From Felis catus (taxonomy: Eukaryota): a stretch of DNA of 64,000 nucleotides. The notes below the pieces were generated by a model. It had not been told where the DNA came from. It made no database searches and saw only the letters and a list, made by a program, of their open reading frames with translations. Location of the stretch: positions 34,350,001 to 34,414,000 of the forward strand of contig NC_058368.1 of NCBI RefSeq assembly GCF_018350175.1. Direction: 5' to 3'. A program made the translations under genes and the position numbers. This document shows positions 39,478 through 53,681 of the stretch, piece by piece. Position 1 is the first letter of the stretch. Each line of letters begins with the position of its first letter.

Positions 39478-39695
39478 GGGGCGCCTGGGTGGCTCAGTTG
39501 GTTAGGCGGCCGACTTCAGCTCAGGTCATGATCTCGCGGTCCGTGAGTTCGAGCCCCGTGTCAGGCTCTGTGCTGACAGCTCAGAGCCTGAAGCCTGTTT
39601 CAGATTCTGTGTCTCCCTCTCTCTGGTCCTCCCCCATTCATGCTCTGTCTTTCTCTGTCTCAAAAATAAATAAGCGTTAAAAAAATTTAAAAACA
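39478..39695 (+). mobile_element. Can-SINE (second, inside the tail of the first)
   Basis: Full head, body and tail; the outer TSD aaaaatacttgg brackets both copies. Confidence 0.95.
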
Positions 39696-40579
39696 AAATA
39701 AATAAAAATTTAAAAATTTAAAAATTTAAAAAAATTAAAAAATACTTGGGTCCTTCTTTTGTGAATTGAGAATAAGCTAAATCCAAGATCTTGGCAAGTT
39801 TCAAAATTTGTCATTTCAAATGTGCATGCTTTAGGCATAAAAACTAAAACATCAAAGTTTGAAGGATAAATATTTCACAGATTTACAAACAGAGAAAACA
39901 GAATTAAGGAAACTAAAGCAGCAATAATTTTTTTATTTGTTATGAAGCTATCATGTTGTTATAGTTTGATTTACAAACAGAGACAACATAATCAGAATTC
40001 CAACCTTTCTAAATGTTCAGTCGCTATCTGCCAGGAATTACATTCATATGTCATCATGCCAGGAGAGAATTTACATGGCTCATAAAGTCTGTAAACATTA
40101 CATGTAATATTATGTGCATAGATTATTACATACAATAGTATAATGTAGTACAGGTCTCTTTTACATAGATTACAAAGGCAAATATTAATTTAGTCATATT
40201 TAGTAATCTCAAAACAGAAGTTCAACCACTTTTAGAAGAGGAAATGAAAGGAAAAATCCACACCTAGGAAGAAATTCTAGACAGTGAATTTGCCTGTACA
40301 TGTTTATACCCTAAAAAGTTAAAATAAAGATACCAAGATTAAATTGACCCAGAAAGTCTCAGCTGATAAACAGATTTCCACATTACATATATTTTGTCAA
40401 TCTCATGGATTTATTAAAATAAACTATCAAAGATATTATTATTATTAGGTAAGTTGAGAATTCTGAGAAGCCAGCTTGGATTAGAAATGAAAAAGCCCTG
40501 ACAATGTGGCTTATTAAGTTATTTCATCCAAAATGTTACTAATGTAAAAATGAGTTTTCTTGCCTTTTGTTTCTTTCTT

Positions 40580-41340
40580 GCAATAAACTTATTTAGTACC
40601 TTTCCTGTGTAAAACACTGCACTAAACACTGGTTATAAAGTTTCTTCACTATTTGATTTTACAGTATAATAAGTGACACAGAAAAATGAACAAGAGATTA
40701 AACACAATATGATAGGTGTTATAACAAGGGCAGTGAAGATTTTGGAGGTCATGGATGGACACGTAAGATGACATCTAAGCTCTAATCTGAAAGATGAGTA
40801 GGTGTCACACAGTGATAGTGGTTTTGTTTTTTAGTGAGAGGAAAGAAAATGTGTAATGGGATGTTGGAAACAGGGAAAGGTCATAAATAAACAAGTTCTT
40901 AAAGGGAAGGGACATAGACAATTGGGCCAATCTGAGAAGATAAGGATGCAAGGCCTTTGAATCTATAACATAGTTTAGATATTTTCCCAAAAGCAATGAG
41001 GGATCCACTAAAATTTTTAAGCATTGGAATAATATGAAGAGATTTTATTGTTGTTGTTGAAGATAATTCCTAAAGTTGTGTGATAAATGGATTGGAAAGT
41101 AAAAAACAAAAAACAAAAAAACAAAAAAACAAAGAATATATATTAGTAACATTAAAGTAGTATGGGAGAGAGGTAAAGATGTGTGTCTTTGGGAAAAGAT
41201 GGTGGGGAATAAGGAAAAAAAAGAGTGGATTTAAGTCATACTTTAAAGGAAAACTTGGAATGAGTATGTTATTAATTGGATGCAAAGTAGAGAGTGAAAT
41301 AATTCAAGAGTAATGTCTAGGTTTACGGTCTAAGAAATAT
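40580..41340 (-). mobile_element. L2 fragment
   Basis: atctgaaagatgagtaggtg, agcaatgagggatccactaaaatttttaagca, agagtggatttaag motifs. Confidence 0.55.
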
Positions 41341-41557
41341 TACAGACATAAGATAGCTACTGTGAGTTAATGTTAGTAACTATAAATACATTGTGAAGAT
41401 ATGATAAATTTGATGAGTATTAGAATTTATAATTTTATAGTAATTAGATTTAGAATATGCTTCACAAATATCCAATTATAAAAATGAGGGACATTTTTAT
41501 TTAATATCTAACATAAATTGGCTATAACACACACACATACCTACACTCCACATGCAT

Positions 41558-41560
<3 letters not shown>

Positions 41561-41608
<48 letters not shown>
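41561..41608. repeat. (CA)n microsatellite
   Basis: About 24 perfect units. Confidence 0.97.
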
Positions 41609-41612
<4 letters not shown>

Positions 41613-41899
41613 TATTGCTAAAAGGACAACAGGAAATTATCCTTCTCAATTTCTATAACAGAAAAAAATATTTTTTTTCTCCAAATAAATTTCAAAGTCA
41701 ACTAATTTGTTCAGATGAGATAAACTTGCATGTATAAGTACACCAGAGTTTGATTTTAACTTTGAATTCATTCTTGGAAATTTTTTTCTGAGATTTTTCC
41801 AAGAACAAATAAATAGAAGATATATATTTTAACAATAAAGTCAATATCAGCCTCCCTTCTTTTTTTCCAATAGACTTTAATTTTTACAGCAGTTTTGGA

Positions 41900-43115
41900 T
41901 TTTCTACATTGAGGGTGATGTTATCTGAGAACAAAGAGTTGTATTTCTTCCCTCTTAATCAATGTATATTTTATTGATTTTTCCTGTCTTATAGCATTAG
42001 TTAGGACTTCAAGTTCGATGTTAAAGAGTAGTGCCAAGAGGTGGCATCTTTGCTATGTGCCTGATATTAGTGGCTTGAAGCTTCTCACTGTGATGTTAGC
42101 GTAGGGGTTTTTATAGATTTTTTTTATTCTTTATCAATTTAAGAAAGCTCCCCTCTATTTCTAGTGTATCATGAATGGATATTGGATTTCCTCAAGTGTT
42201 TTTTCTGTTACTATTTATATGATCATATAATTGATTTTCTTTAGGTTTTTGATGTGATGGATTACATTTATTTTTGAATGTTGAACCAGCCTTACATAAC
42301 TGGAATAAAACCCACTTGGTCATGGCATATTATTCTTTTTATGCATTGTTGGATTTAATTTGCTATTTTGTTGAGGGCTTTGCATCCATATTTATGAGAC
42401 ATATTGATACACAGTTATCTTTTCTTGTAATGTCTTTGTCTGGGAATGGTGTTGGGACAATGCTGGTCTCAGAAAATAAGTTAGGAAGTATTTCCTCTAA
42501 TATCTTCTGAAGGAGATTGTAAAGAATTAGTGTAATTCCTTCCCTAAATGTTAGATAAAATTCACTGTTGAACCCATCTGAACCTGGTGCTACCTGTTTT
42601 AGAAGTTCATTAATTATTGATCAATTTATTTAATAGACATATGCCTATTCATATTATCTATTTTCTCTTGTGTGAGTTTTGGCAGATTATATATTTTAAA
42701 TAATAGGTCTATTTCATCTAGGTTATCAAATTTGTGGACAGGCTTGTTTATAATATTTCCTATTTATCCTTTTCAAAGTCTATGAGACCTATATGATATC
42801 TATTTTTTTTTAATTATTGATGTTAGTAATTTGTGGTCATCTCTTTTATTCTTAGTTAGCCTGGTGGAGGCTTAATGATTTATTGATCCTTTGATTTGGT
42901 TGATTTTCTCTGTATATTTCCTATTTTCAATTTCATTGATTTCTGCCCTAAATTGTATTATTTGTTTTCTTCTGCTTACTTTGAATTTATTTTTCTTTTT
43001 GTAGTTTCCTAAGACAGAAGTTTAGGCAACGGAGATTAGAATTTCCTTTATTTTTTTTTCTAGGATATACATTTACTACTTTAAATTTCCCTCTAAGTCC
43101 TGCTTTCATGGCACC
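41900..43115 (-). mobile_element. Old L1 ORF2 fragment
   Basis: ttgaaccagccttacat..ctggaataaaacccacttggtcatgg and aacccatctgaacctggtg motifs. Confidence 0.85.
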
Positions 43116-43205
43116 CTCTTTTGTTTCTGCATGACATCCACTGCATTTACCATATCATGTACTACATATAATGGTCAGATCATGTGTTTGTGTTCTGCAT
43201 TATAC

Positions 43206-43212
<7 letters not shown>

Positions 43213-43260
<48 letters not shown>
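43213..43260. repeat. (TA)n microsatellite
   Basis: About 24 units. Confidence 0.97.
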
Positions 43261-43266
<6 letters not shown>

Positions 43267-44008
43267 AGGAGGCAGAGCTTGCCTCATTCAGTACGATTTT
43301 CAGTCTCAAACAAAGCTTCTGGTACTAACTGGTGTTCAACATACAAATATTGTATTAAATGTAATTGGATAAAACATGGTATACTTTTATACTTATCACA
43401 GATTCATATGTATACGTAGAAATTCCAGGTAATACAGAAATAACTTTTAGATCCTAGTTATAAATCAGTAGAAAATATCATAATAGAATCTTAGAATATG
43501 AACAAAATTTAGAAATCATCTATTCCACCCAGTACTCACTACAGAAATCTCTCTTAGTATCTTGATCTATGACCTTTGAGTATTCCACCTTCTCTATTGT
43601 TCTAGCAATGCACACAACAATGTAGCTACCTTTATACACTGCTGGAAAAGTTGCACTACTTGAACTTCTTTTTTAATATTGTGCCCAAATGTCCCTCATG
43701 TAAATTCTACCCAGAAGTATGATTTAATTTTTACTTTCACACTAGAGCCCCTTTTACCCTCAACTCATCACATTTTAAGGGATTACTGACATTTAATTAA
43801 TTAAGATTCCCATTTTCTTTTTTGTTTAAATTTGCTAGAGTGAATACAAGTACACTATATTCCAAATATAAACAAGTGTGTGTATGTGTCTATATGTATC
43901 TGTATGTGTGTGCTTTCAATGAATTCACATATATGCCTATTAAACATTTTGCTATCTTACAACATTAACTATGCCTCTCTCTTTTGTAGAATTTTAAAAT
44001 TTACTAAC

Positions 44009-44042
44009 TCTTGGTTTCCTTGATTCTGCATTTTCCTTCATT
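44009..44042 (-). pseudogene. Exon candidate, 34 nt, after an 89-nt intron
   Basis: ttttgtttatcacttttatctataactag|AATGAAGG...CAAGA|gttagt. Phase 0-1 reads NEGKCRIKETK. Confidence 0.45.
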
Positions 44043-44131
44043 CTAGTTATAGATAAAAGTGATAAACAAAACAGGACCAACTCAGAGTTCTTCTAGGTTA
44101 AAAGTAAACTACTGTGTTTAGTATAACTTAC

Positions 44132-44213
44132 ACATCCAACTGTTTTGTTCCAGTTCATAATCCTTTCTTTGTCTTTAAGAAGAGTAAGATAGTAAGAGTA
44201 GATATTGTCTCTC
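44132..44213 (-). pseudogene. Exon candidate, 82 nt
   Basis: gattttcttttaattgacag|GAGAGAC...GGATGT|gtaagt. Phase 2-0 reads RDNIYSYYLTLLKDKERIMNWNKTVGC. Confidence 0.6.
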
Positions 44214-47200
44214 CTGTCAATTAAAAGAAAATCTATTTGTCTTGCCCATTTTAAGGATTTAAGAATTTCCCCAACTATTGGCACAATCTAAGTAGTCTGT
44301 TCCTAAATCAGTATTAGAGTGTACCTATTTCGTTTGTTACTCATTACTTTTCTAGAACCTTGCAATATAAGACTAAAGGACAAATTTACTAGGACAACAT
44401 GAATAAGATAATGTTGTAAAGTATAGTATGGCTTTAGTATCAACAGGTACATTCTTTCAGTATGTCCATCATCTGTTTTTTTAAGGGGAAAATAAAAAAT
44501 GTCTTTGGTGGAAATGTCAGAGAGTACTGGAAAAACTATTATATTTTCTGTATATGGGCAAAAGCCTTCAGGAAAAGGAACAATAAAATAAGACACTTGA
44601 GGTATCGTTCTCAAAGAACGTGAAAGAGAAGCACAAACAACTTCACAGCACTATAAATGTAAGTTCTAGTGGGGCTAAGAGATCAAAATTCCAGTTTTCA
44701 CATTTCATAAGAGAAACTGATGATAAAAGAGATCCATTATCACAGAAATTATTAGTGGCAATCTCTTCAAACTAGTTTTATTATTATAACAGGATTCTTT
44801 ATGTTATTTTTGTGGGTAGTCAACTATATAAATGTGCAATAAGAGCGTGGTGAAAAGGATATAAACAAATAAGTACCAGTGCTTAACTAGTGATTGAGAA
44901 AACCCTATTGCCTCAGGGTTTATACATAGATGAATTTCCTTTTTTTGTAACTGTTAAGTGGGAACATTGCCTTGAAAAAGATTTATCCTAGGTCATCAGC
45001 AATAAAACAGGCTTGATAGAGCATAAGTAAACCTGGATAAATATTGTACATATTATTGTTAATACTGTTATGTTTCACAGTGTAAGCAAAAGCTTTCTTC
45101 TACATTTTAAGTGTCTATATTTAATCTCTTTATTATTTAATTTTACATTTATATTCTTTCAAACCAAATTTTATGCTTTAAAATGTTTTATAACGTTATA
45201 TTCTACTTGTCATTATGAAGAACAGTAAAGAGCCAGTTGAATTAATGGTAAAAAAAAAAAAGACTATTAAAAAAAAGAATGCAAAAGTCCCACCTTCTAA
45301 AGAAAATTGTTATCTTTATGTGAGTTCAGATGTTTGGCAGGTTTACATATGTAAAGGAATTACATAGTATAGAAATTATGTGCCAAATTTTTATCCCATG
45401 GGATTTGCTTGCAACTGCATATGAGAAGAATCTAGTTTAGATAGAAAACATGTTATTTAAGAAATAAGAGGGGCAGACAGTTCATGAATTATTATTATAC
45501 TTGTTCATTAGCAATTATAGATTCTGCATATTAGCTGCAAATAGCTAGAAGATGATGATTATAAACATTCTGAGAAAATCAAGGTGATGCATAAATGCTG
45601 AATAACAATGAGCACAAAGGTTATGATAATAACAAAATGATGGCTGGTGACTTCAGCATTTTTAGTTTGCTATTGTAATCTGTTTAAAAGCTTTTATTAG
45701 ATAATTTGATGTGCTTCTGAGATGAAAAATTAAGGTCTGTAGGCGACAGAGAAGCCATTAAGAGAAAATTCTCCAGAGAGGAAGGAACATTGACAACCTT
45801 TGAAGAACCAGAAAATACCATCTTAAAAAAATAGTTGATGACATTAGAATTACTTAGCCTTGAATGAAAGCACTAAAGATGACAATAACTTTCTTTAGAT
45901 ATGGGAGAGGTTTCTATAAAGAGGACTTTTATAAGCACTTCAAATAAATCTAAATCTCTTGCTTGGATAAATTTTCGATGGTCAGAGATGTGATAAAATG
46001 ACAGTAGCAAAGGCATTACCAAGAATATCACAGAATAATTGTAGAGATGGAGGAATATGGGGATCCCAATCTTGTCTTGTCCCTGAAACACAGTTAGATC
46101 AGCATCAAACCATTTTGAACACCTAGGATATTGATCTGAGGATTAACACCATACTCTGTGTAATTTGAACAAGAGAACTTGGCAAGTGCACAGTGTGGAG
46201 AGGTGAACTGGTGGAGAGAGAAGCTGTGGTGTCATGGAGGGGAGGGAGCGAGCCATTTTTGTGGAAAGAGGCCAGGAAGAGAGAGAGAAAGGGGGAGAGA
46301 GTGCAGACCATATGGATCATGCAAGGAAAGCATTCCCCTTGAAAATAGCAGGAGAGAAATGGAGAAAGAGTGAAAACACTCACAAGGACCTGGCAAGAAA
46401 TCTGTGCCCCAAAACCATTCCCTGGGGAAAAGGACAGGGTTTCAATACTGCCAGTTTTCTATAAATAGCATAACACAGAGTCTGAAATTTCAGCCATCAG
46501 TGTGCCTGGTGGGGCTTCGGCGAGGAAGCAGTGTGAATCCCCAGGAGCAGGCAATGTGGTCTGAGGGGACTCTGTGCCCCTCAGGAGTTATCCTGATTGG
46601 AATGCATTTGGTAAAGGTGATACAGTCTCCTCATGGGCAAAAGTCCTGTTGTATACCAGAGACCTGCCACATTTATTGATAGTGCAGCAAAACCTGGTAC
46701 CACTGTGTGTTGTGATTTCTGAACCTCTGCTGTTGCAGTCATGCAAACATTTTCTGGAACAAGTCAGTACTGGCTTGCTAGGCAAGACCCTCCCCCAGAT
46801 AATCAGCCTGGGCCCAAGCCACAGGAGTCTCTGAAACACAGCCACATCTAAGATAAAACTCTGGAGGGGGTTGCTGCCTGGTAGACAGACAACTTAGACA
46901 CAGACAGAGTGGAGGTGAAGAACCGACAAAAGCCTGAGACAAAGAGGGGTAATTCATCACATGTCTGTAAGGGCATGGAATTCCTGCACTAGAGACTAGA
47001 GAGTGGGGTGAAGCCATTTTCATCTCCAGCACACCCACACTGATGGACCCCAGTGAGCAAAGTAGATCCACCAAGTGGAGAATGAAGTCCCACCTATCTG
47101 TGCTCTCCAGGTGCATCCTCTGGAAGACTAGCACAAATCCCTTCCACCCACTTAGTCTAAGGACCATAGTGTGCTGCAAAATTTCAGTTCTAGGAGAAAC

Positions 47201-49357
47201 TGGATATAGTTTCATTCAGGTTTCATTTTGTTTGCTTGTTCATGTGTTTGTTAATTTTCTTTGCTTCTGTTTGTGTTTATGTTTTTTCTTTCTTTTCTTT
47301 TTCTTTCTTGGATACATAAAGAACATTTTTTAAATTCTATTTTCTATTCTTTTTTTATCTTATTATATTATTTTTAAATATTATTTCAAGTTTAAATTTT
47401 TTTTTTCACGTTTTATTCTTGTCTCTTTTTTTTCTTTTCTCTCAAGCTTCTCTCAATAAGCAGACCAAAATACATCTATGATCTAGGTTCCTTTATTTGA
47501 TTTTTTGTTTGATTTTGTTATTAATTTTTTAATTTTAACTTTTAATGTAATTTTATTAATTTTTTTCCTCAAAAATGGCAAGACAGAGGAATTCACACCC
47601 AAAAAACAACAGAGAAAAATGACAGCCAGGGATTTAATCAACACAGATATAAGTAAGATGTATGAACTAGAATTTAAAACCACAATTATAAGAATACTAG
47701 CTGAGGTTGAAAAAAGCATAGAAGTCACCATAGAATTGCTTTATGCAGAGATAATAGCACTAAAATCTAGTCAGTCTGAAATTAAAAATACTATAACTGA
47801 GACCCAATCTCGAATGGAGGCCATGATGGCAAGGATGCACAAAGTAGAGCAGTGAATCAGTGATATAGAAGATAAAATTATGGAAAATAATGAAGCTGAA
47901 TAAAAAAGGGAAACAAAGGTGAAAGATTACAATACAATATTCTGAGAACTCAGCAATGTATTAAAGAGGAATAACATTCATATCATCAGTGTCCCAGGAG
48001 ATGAAAAGAGAGAAAAAGGGGCAGGTTTATGTGAGCAAATTACAGCTGAAAACTTCCCTCATCTGGGGGAAGGACACAGACATCAAAATCCAAGAAGCAA
48101 TGAGAATTCCCATAAGATTAAATAAGAAGCTACCATCATGAAGGCATATCATAGTCAAATTCACAAAATACATAGACAAGGAAGGAATCATTAAGGCAGA
48201 AAGGAAAACAACAACAACAACAACAAAAAACTTAACCTACAAGGGAAGACAGACCAGGTTCACAGCAGATCTATCCACAGAAACTTGGCTGGCCGGAAAG
48301 GAGTGGCAGGATATATTCAACATGCTGAATTAGAAAAACATGCAGCCAAGAATTCTTTATCCAATGAGACTGTCATTCAGAATAGAAGGAGAGATAAAGA
48401 GTTCCCCAGACAAATAAAACCTAAAGGAATTCATGACCACTAATCCAGCCCAGCAAGAGATTTTAAGGGGACCTTTTTCAGTGCAGAAAAAAACAAAACA
48501 AAACAAAATAAAACTAACAGCAACAAAGACTAGAAAGGACCAGAGAATGTCACCAGAAATATCAACTTTGCATGCAACACAATGGCACAAAATTCATATC
48601 TTTCAATAATTTCTCTGAATGTAAATGAACTAAATGCTCCAATCAAAATACGTAGGGTATCAGAACATATAAAAAAGATCCTTCTATATGCTGCCTACAA
48701 GAGTCTTATTTTAGATGTAAAAACACTTGCAGATTGAAAGCGAGGGGATGGAGAACCATGTGTCATGCTAATGGACAGCAGAAGAAAGCCAGACTAGCCA
48801 TACTTATATCAGGTAAACTAGATTTTAAAACATAGACTGTAACAAGATATGAAAAAGAGCATTATATCATAATTAAGCATTATATCCACAAAGAAGATCT
48901 AACAAGTGTAAATATTTATGCCCCCAACTTGGAATTCCCAAATATATAAATCAATTAATCACAAACATAAAGAAACTTATTGATAATAATACAATAATCG
49001 TAGGGGATTTCAATACTCCATTTACAACAATGGATAGATCACCTAAGCTGAAAACCAACAAAGAAACAATGACTTTGAATGACACGCTGGGTCACATGGA
49101 CTTAACAGATATATTCAGAACTTTTCATCCTAAAGTAGCAGAATACACATTTGTCTCTAGTGTACATGGAACATTCTCCAGAATAGATCACATACCGGGT
49201 CACAAATCAGACCTCAGCAAGTGCAAAAAGATCTAGATTATACCATGTGTATTTTTAGATCACAACACTATGAAACTTGAAATGAAACAAGAAAAAAATG
49301 TATAAAGATCACAAATACTTGGACATTAAAGAACATCTTACTAAAGAATGAATGGGT

Positions 49358-49567
49358 GGGGTGCCTGGGTGGCTCAGTAGGTTGGGTGTCCGACTTCAGC
49401 TCAGGTCATGGTCTCACGGTTTGTGGGTTCGAGCCCCATGTCTGGCTCCGTGCTGACAGCTCAGAGCCAGGAGCCTGCTTCAGATTCTGTGTCTCCCTCT
49501 CTCTCTGCTCCTCCCTCATTCTCTCTCTCTCTCTCTCTATCAAAAATAAATAAAACATTAAAAAAAT
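49358..49567 (+). mobile_element. Can-SINE inside L1 ORF2
   Basis: TSD aatgaatgggt. Confidence 0.95.
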
Positions 49568-50648
49568 AATGAATGGGTTAACCAATTAATTAAAGAGGAA
49601 ATAAAATTGTACATGGAAGTCAATGTAAATGAAAACACGGCAATCCAAACCCTTTAGGAGGCAGCAAAGGTGATCATAAGAGAGGAGTATATAGCAATCA
49701 GGCCTTCCTAAAGAAGGAAGAAATGTCTCAAATACACAACCTCACCTCACACCTAAAAGAGCTGGAAAAATAACAGCAAATAAAGCCAAAAGCCCATAGA
49801 AGAAGGGAAATAATAAAGATTGGAGCAGAAATCCATGATACTGAAATGAAAACAACAGAACAGATAAATAAAACTAGGAGCCAGTTCTTTGAAAGAATTA
49901 ACAAAATTGATAAACCTCTAGGCAGACTTATCAAAAAGAAAAAGACCCAAATAAATGCAATCATGAATGAAAGAGGAGAGATCACAACCAACCCTATAGA
50001 AATACAAACATTAATAAGAGAATATTATGAGCAAGTATATGCCAACATATTGGGTAATCAGGAAGAAATGTATAAATTCCTAGAAACATATAAACTGCCA
50101 AAACTGAAAAAGGAAGAAATAGAAAATTTGAAAAGACCCCTAACCAGTAAATAAATTGAATTAGTAATCAAAAATATCCCAAAAAACAAGAGTCCAGATG
50201 AGAGTTGATTGGCTTCCTAGAGGAATTCTACCAAACATTTAAATAAGAGTTAATACCTATTCTTTTGAAGCTGTTCCAAAAAATAGAAAAGGAAGGAAAA
50301 CTTCCAAACTCACTCTATGAGGCCAGGATTACCTTCACTCTAAAATCACACAAAGACACCCACTAAAAAGGAGAATAACAGACCAATATCCCTGATGAAC
50401 ACAGATGCAAAGATTCTTAGCAAGATACTAGCAAATTGAATCCAACAATACATTAAAAGAATTATTCACCATGATCAAGTGGTATTTATTCCTGGGCTGC
50501 AGGGGTGATTTAATATCTGCAAATCAATCAACATGATATACCACATTAATAAAAGAAAAGGTAGGAACCACAGGATCCTCTCAATAAATGTAAGAAAACA
50601 AAACAAACAAAACAAAACAAAACAAAACAAAACAAAACACCATTTGAT

Positions 50649-50888
50649 GGGGTGCCTGGGTGGTTCAGTAGGTTAAGTGTCCGACTCTTGATTTCAGCTT
50701 AGGTCGTGATCTCAAAGTTCATGGGATTGAGCCCTGCATAGGGCTCTGTACTGACAGTACAGAGCCTGCTTGGGATTCTCTCTCTCCCTCTCTTTCTGCC
50801 CTCTCCTGTTTCTGCTCATGTGCATGTACTCTCTCTCTCTCTGCCTCTCTCTTTCTCTCTCAAAATAAATAAATAGACATTTTAAAAA
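50649..50888 (+). mobile_element. Can-SINE inside L1 ORF2, preceded by (CAAAA)n at 50596-50639
   Basis: TSD core catttga. Confidence 0.93.
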
Positions 50889-52018
50889 AGCATTTGACAA
50901 AATATAGCATACTTTTTCGATAAAAACCCTCAAGAAAGTATGAATAGAAGGAATATACCTCAACAACACAAAGGCCACATAACAAAACACCCACAGCTAA
51001 TATCATCCTCAATGGGGAAAAACTGAGAGATTGCCCCTAAGGTAAGGAACATGACAGGGAGATCCACTCCCACCGCTGTTGTTCAATATAGTACTGGAAG
51101 TCCTAGCATCAGCAATCAGACAACAAAAAGAAATAAAAGGTCTACAAATTGGCAAGGAAGAAGTCAAACTTTCACTCTTCGCAGAAAACGTGTTACTTTC
51201 TAAAATGCTTTTACTTATCTGAAAACAAAACTTAGAAATCTTAGGGAGTTGAAATACTTAGCAAACGTACTAAAAATATGCCAAATTATCAATATTTTAG
51301 ACCTTTTATGTAAAATATTGAAAAAATGTCAAAAATAAGTCTTTACTTTGGAAGTTTTTCATTACAGAGCTCTACTCACAATAGTATTTAAAAAAAAAGA
51401 AAAGTCATCTAGTTGAATGAACTGCATTTCTTATCTAAATGACTTTATAGCTAATATTACTATAACTAAACTGTTTCAGATTAATCAGCCTTATTCCACA
51501 GAAAATTGCATTATTTTAAAATTGGGATTTGGGTCCAATTTTGTCTTCTCTTGATCCACTGCCTCTTTATTTTGCCTTTTACTGTGCTTTATTTTAAGGT
51601 CCAGATTACATAATACAATATTGACATCATTGTTATTTCCCTAGAAAACACAGGAAATGTTTTCTATCCTATTTTTTTCTTAAATTTTTAATTACAGGTA
51701 ACGACTTTATTGAATAAACTGCACTGAAGAATGGAGGTAAAAAGATTTTATTATTTCTTACTAATAGCCCATTAAATTTATTCTGTGGACTCAACTCAAT
51801 CCATGGTGGAATAAAATCTTAGACAAATTTCACAGCTGTTTTCGTCAAAGATAATAAAATCATTGTTTATACGTGGCACATGTAAAAATTTTAAGCTACT
51901 ATTCCAAAGTTCTACAGTTTCACATAGTTTATTTTTGTCCTCCTTCAGATTAAGCTGAGAAACCCTCCTTGGGAAAGTAGCATATGTTTGATTTCTTCTC
52001 TAATTCTCACTCCATTAC

Positions 52019-52065
52019 CTCCTTGATGCTGTTTTAAGCACCCACATATTTGAAACACGGAGAAT
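52019..52065 (-). pseudogene. Exon candidate, 47 nt
   Basis: ctcttccttttatttacctcttcag|ATTCTCC...AGGAG|gtaatg. Phase 0-2 reads ILRVSNMWVLKTASR. Confidence 0.6.
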
Positions 52066-52529
52066 CTGAAGAGGTAAATAAAAGGAAGAGTTTACCACAT
52101 TAATATGGATTTAATCTGGCCATACTGCCCATTGTGGGGAGATTCCTCCACATACTGATTCTTCTTCTCATGGGTGTTTCTGTATGTTCTTAGGAGATCC
52201 TAATTTCTTGACATCTCTCAAGAATGTGAAAATTCTTGAGATTAAAGAATTCTCTTAGCCCTAGTTTCTGATATCTGAATCTCTGTCACAGAAAGCATCT
52301 CAGATATTGTTCCTCTCAAAGCATTTCTCTTCCATGAGATCCAAAACTGGTTTAGGGAACCTCACACATCGTTCGGCCATCAAATCCTGGGCTTACTGGC
52401 CATTCCAACAGCAGCCAGTTCCCATTGTGCCATCTGAACTGGCCAGTCATAACTTCAGAACTTCATAAACATTTAGCCTTTTCAGGAATTAATCAGGCCA
52501 CTTCTGTGTGCCTCAAAAGTAGGAGCTTA

Positions 52530-52743
52530 GGGGTGCCTGGAAGGCTCAGTCTGTTGGGCATCCAACTTTGGCTCAGGTCATGATCACACAGTTCACGGAT
52601 TTGAGCCCCACGTTAGGCTCTGTGCTGACGGCCCAGAGCCTGGAACCTGCTTCAGATTCTTGGTCTCCCCCTGTCTTTGCCCCCTGCTCACATTCTGTCT
52701 TCTCTCTCTTAAAAACAAATAAAACATTTAAAAGAAATTTTTA
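52530..52743 (+). mobile_element. Can-SINE
   Basis: TSD aaaagt(a/g)ggagctta. Confidence 0.94.
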
Positions 52744-53432
52744 AAAAGTGGGAGCTTAAAGCTAAGCTCTTGTATATTTATTTCCAAGTCTTCCTCATGT
52801 GATTGAAGTTGAGCAGGTAGTAATCCATCCTCTGTGGTCTTGTGGTAGGAGATGCAGAATACACAGTACGTTAAGCAACTCTCTTTTAAGGGAGAGGTAG
52901 CTGAAGGGACAATACTGACAGAATTTGGTTAACTACTGTGCAAATTCCACAGAATTGGTCTGGCATCTTGCTTTGGGAAATGGATTACCTAACATTCAGT
53001 CAAATTAAGATCCTGTTCTTATACAAGTAACGAATTATGTATTTTTTCTGTTTTATATATTTTCTATGTATTTACATACATAAAATTAGACCAAAAATAA
53101 AATCTCACTTGCCTACTCAGCTCAGTAACATCCACAAAGACTGGTGTCAATTACCAGTAGATATTAATCTTTCTAAATGATTCATTATATATTTATATGT
53201 ATATGTTTGTTCTTCAAAGGCACATGTCTATACATATTGCTTAGAAAAGTTATTATATTATAAATTACCATATTAGAAAAAGTGCCATATATTATTATTG
53301 ACATTCTACAAGGTTTGCACATGTATTTTATGTAATAGTAGTATACATATACAAGGGTAGTACTAAATTAGAATTTAGAAAATGTTTCAGCAGAAAATAA
53401 TTTTATATATATTTTTAACCAAAAGAACTTTA

Positions 53433-53681
53433 TTTTTTTTTAATTTTTTTTCTCTTTTTTTTTTTAAATTTTTTTCAACGTTTTTTATTTATTTTTGGGA
53501 CAGAGAGAGACAGAGCATGAACGGGGGAGGGGCAGAGAGAGAGGGAGACACAGAATCGGAAACAGGCTCCAGGCTCCGAGCCATCAGCCCAGAGCCTGAC
53601 GGGGGGCTCGAACTCACGCACTGTGAGATCGTGACCTGGCTGAAGTCGGACGCTTAACCGACTGCGCCACCCAGGCACCCC
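53433..53681 (-). mobile_element. Young feline Can-SINE
   Basis: TSD taaccaaaa(g/c)aacttta. Confidence 0.97.

Larger units (their letters stand above)
46035..51192 (+). mobile_element. Carnivore L1: 5' UTR, broken ORF1 (ATG ~47575) and ORF2 (ATG ~48582), 3'-truncated within RT
   Basis: ELEFKTTIIRILAEVEKSIE (ORF1); SIISLNVNELNAPIK and HGTFSRIDHI (endonuclease); [10 protein letters not shown]; ends [12 protein letters not shown]. Many stops. Confidence 0.95.

Noticed and set aside
46123..47333. Cluster of ORFs up to 145 aa
   Set aside because: They lie in the GC-richer L1 5' UTR and show no recognisable protein.
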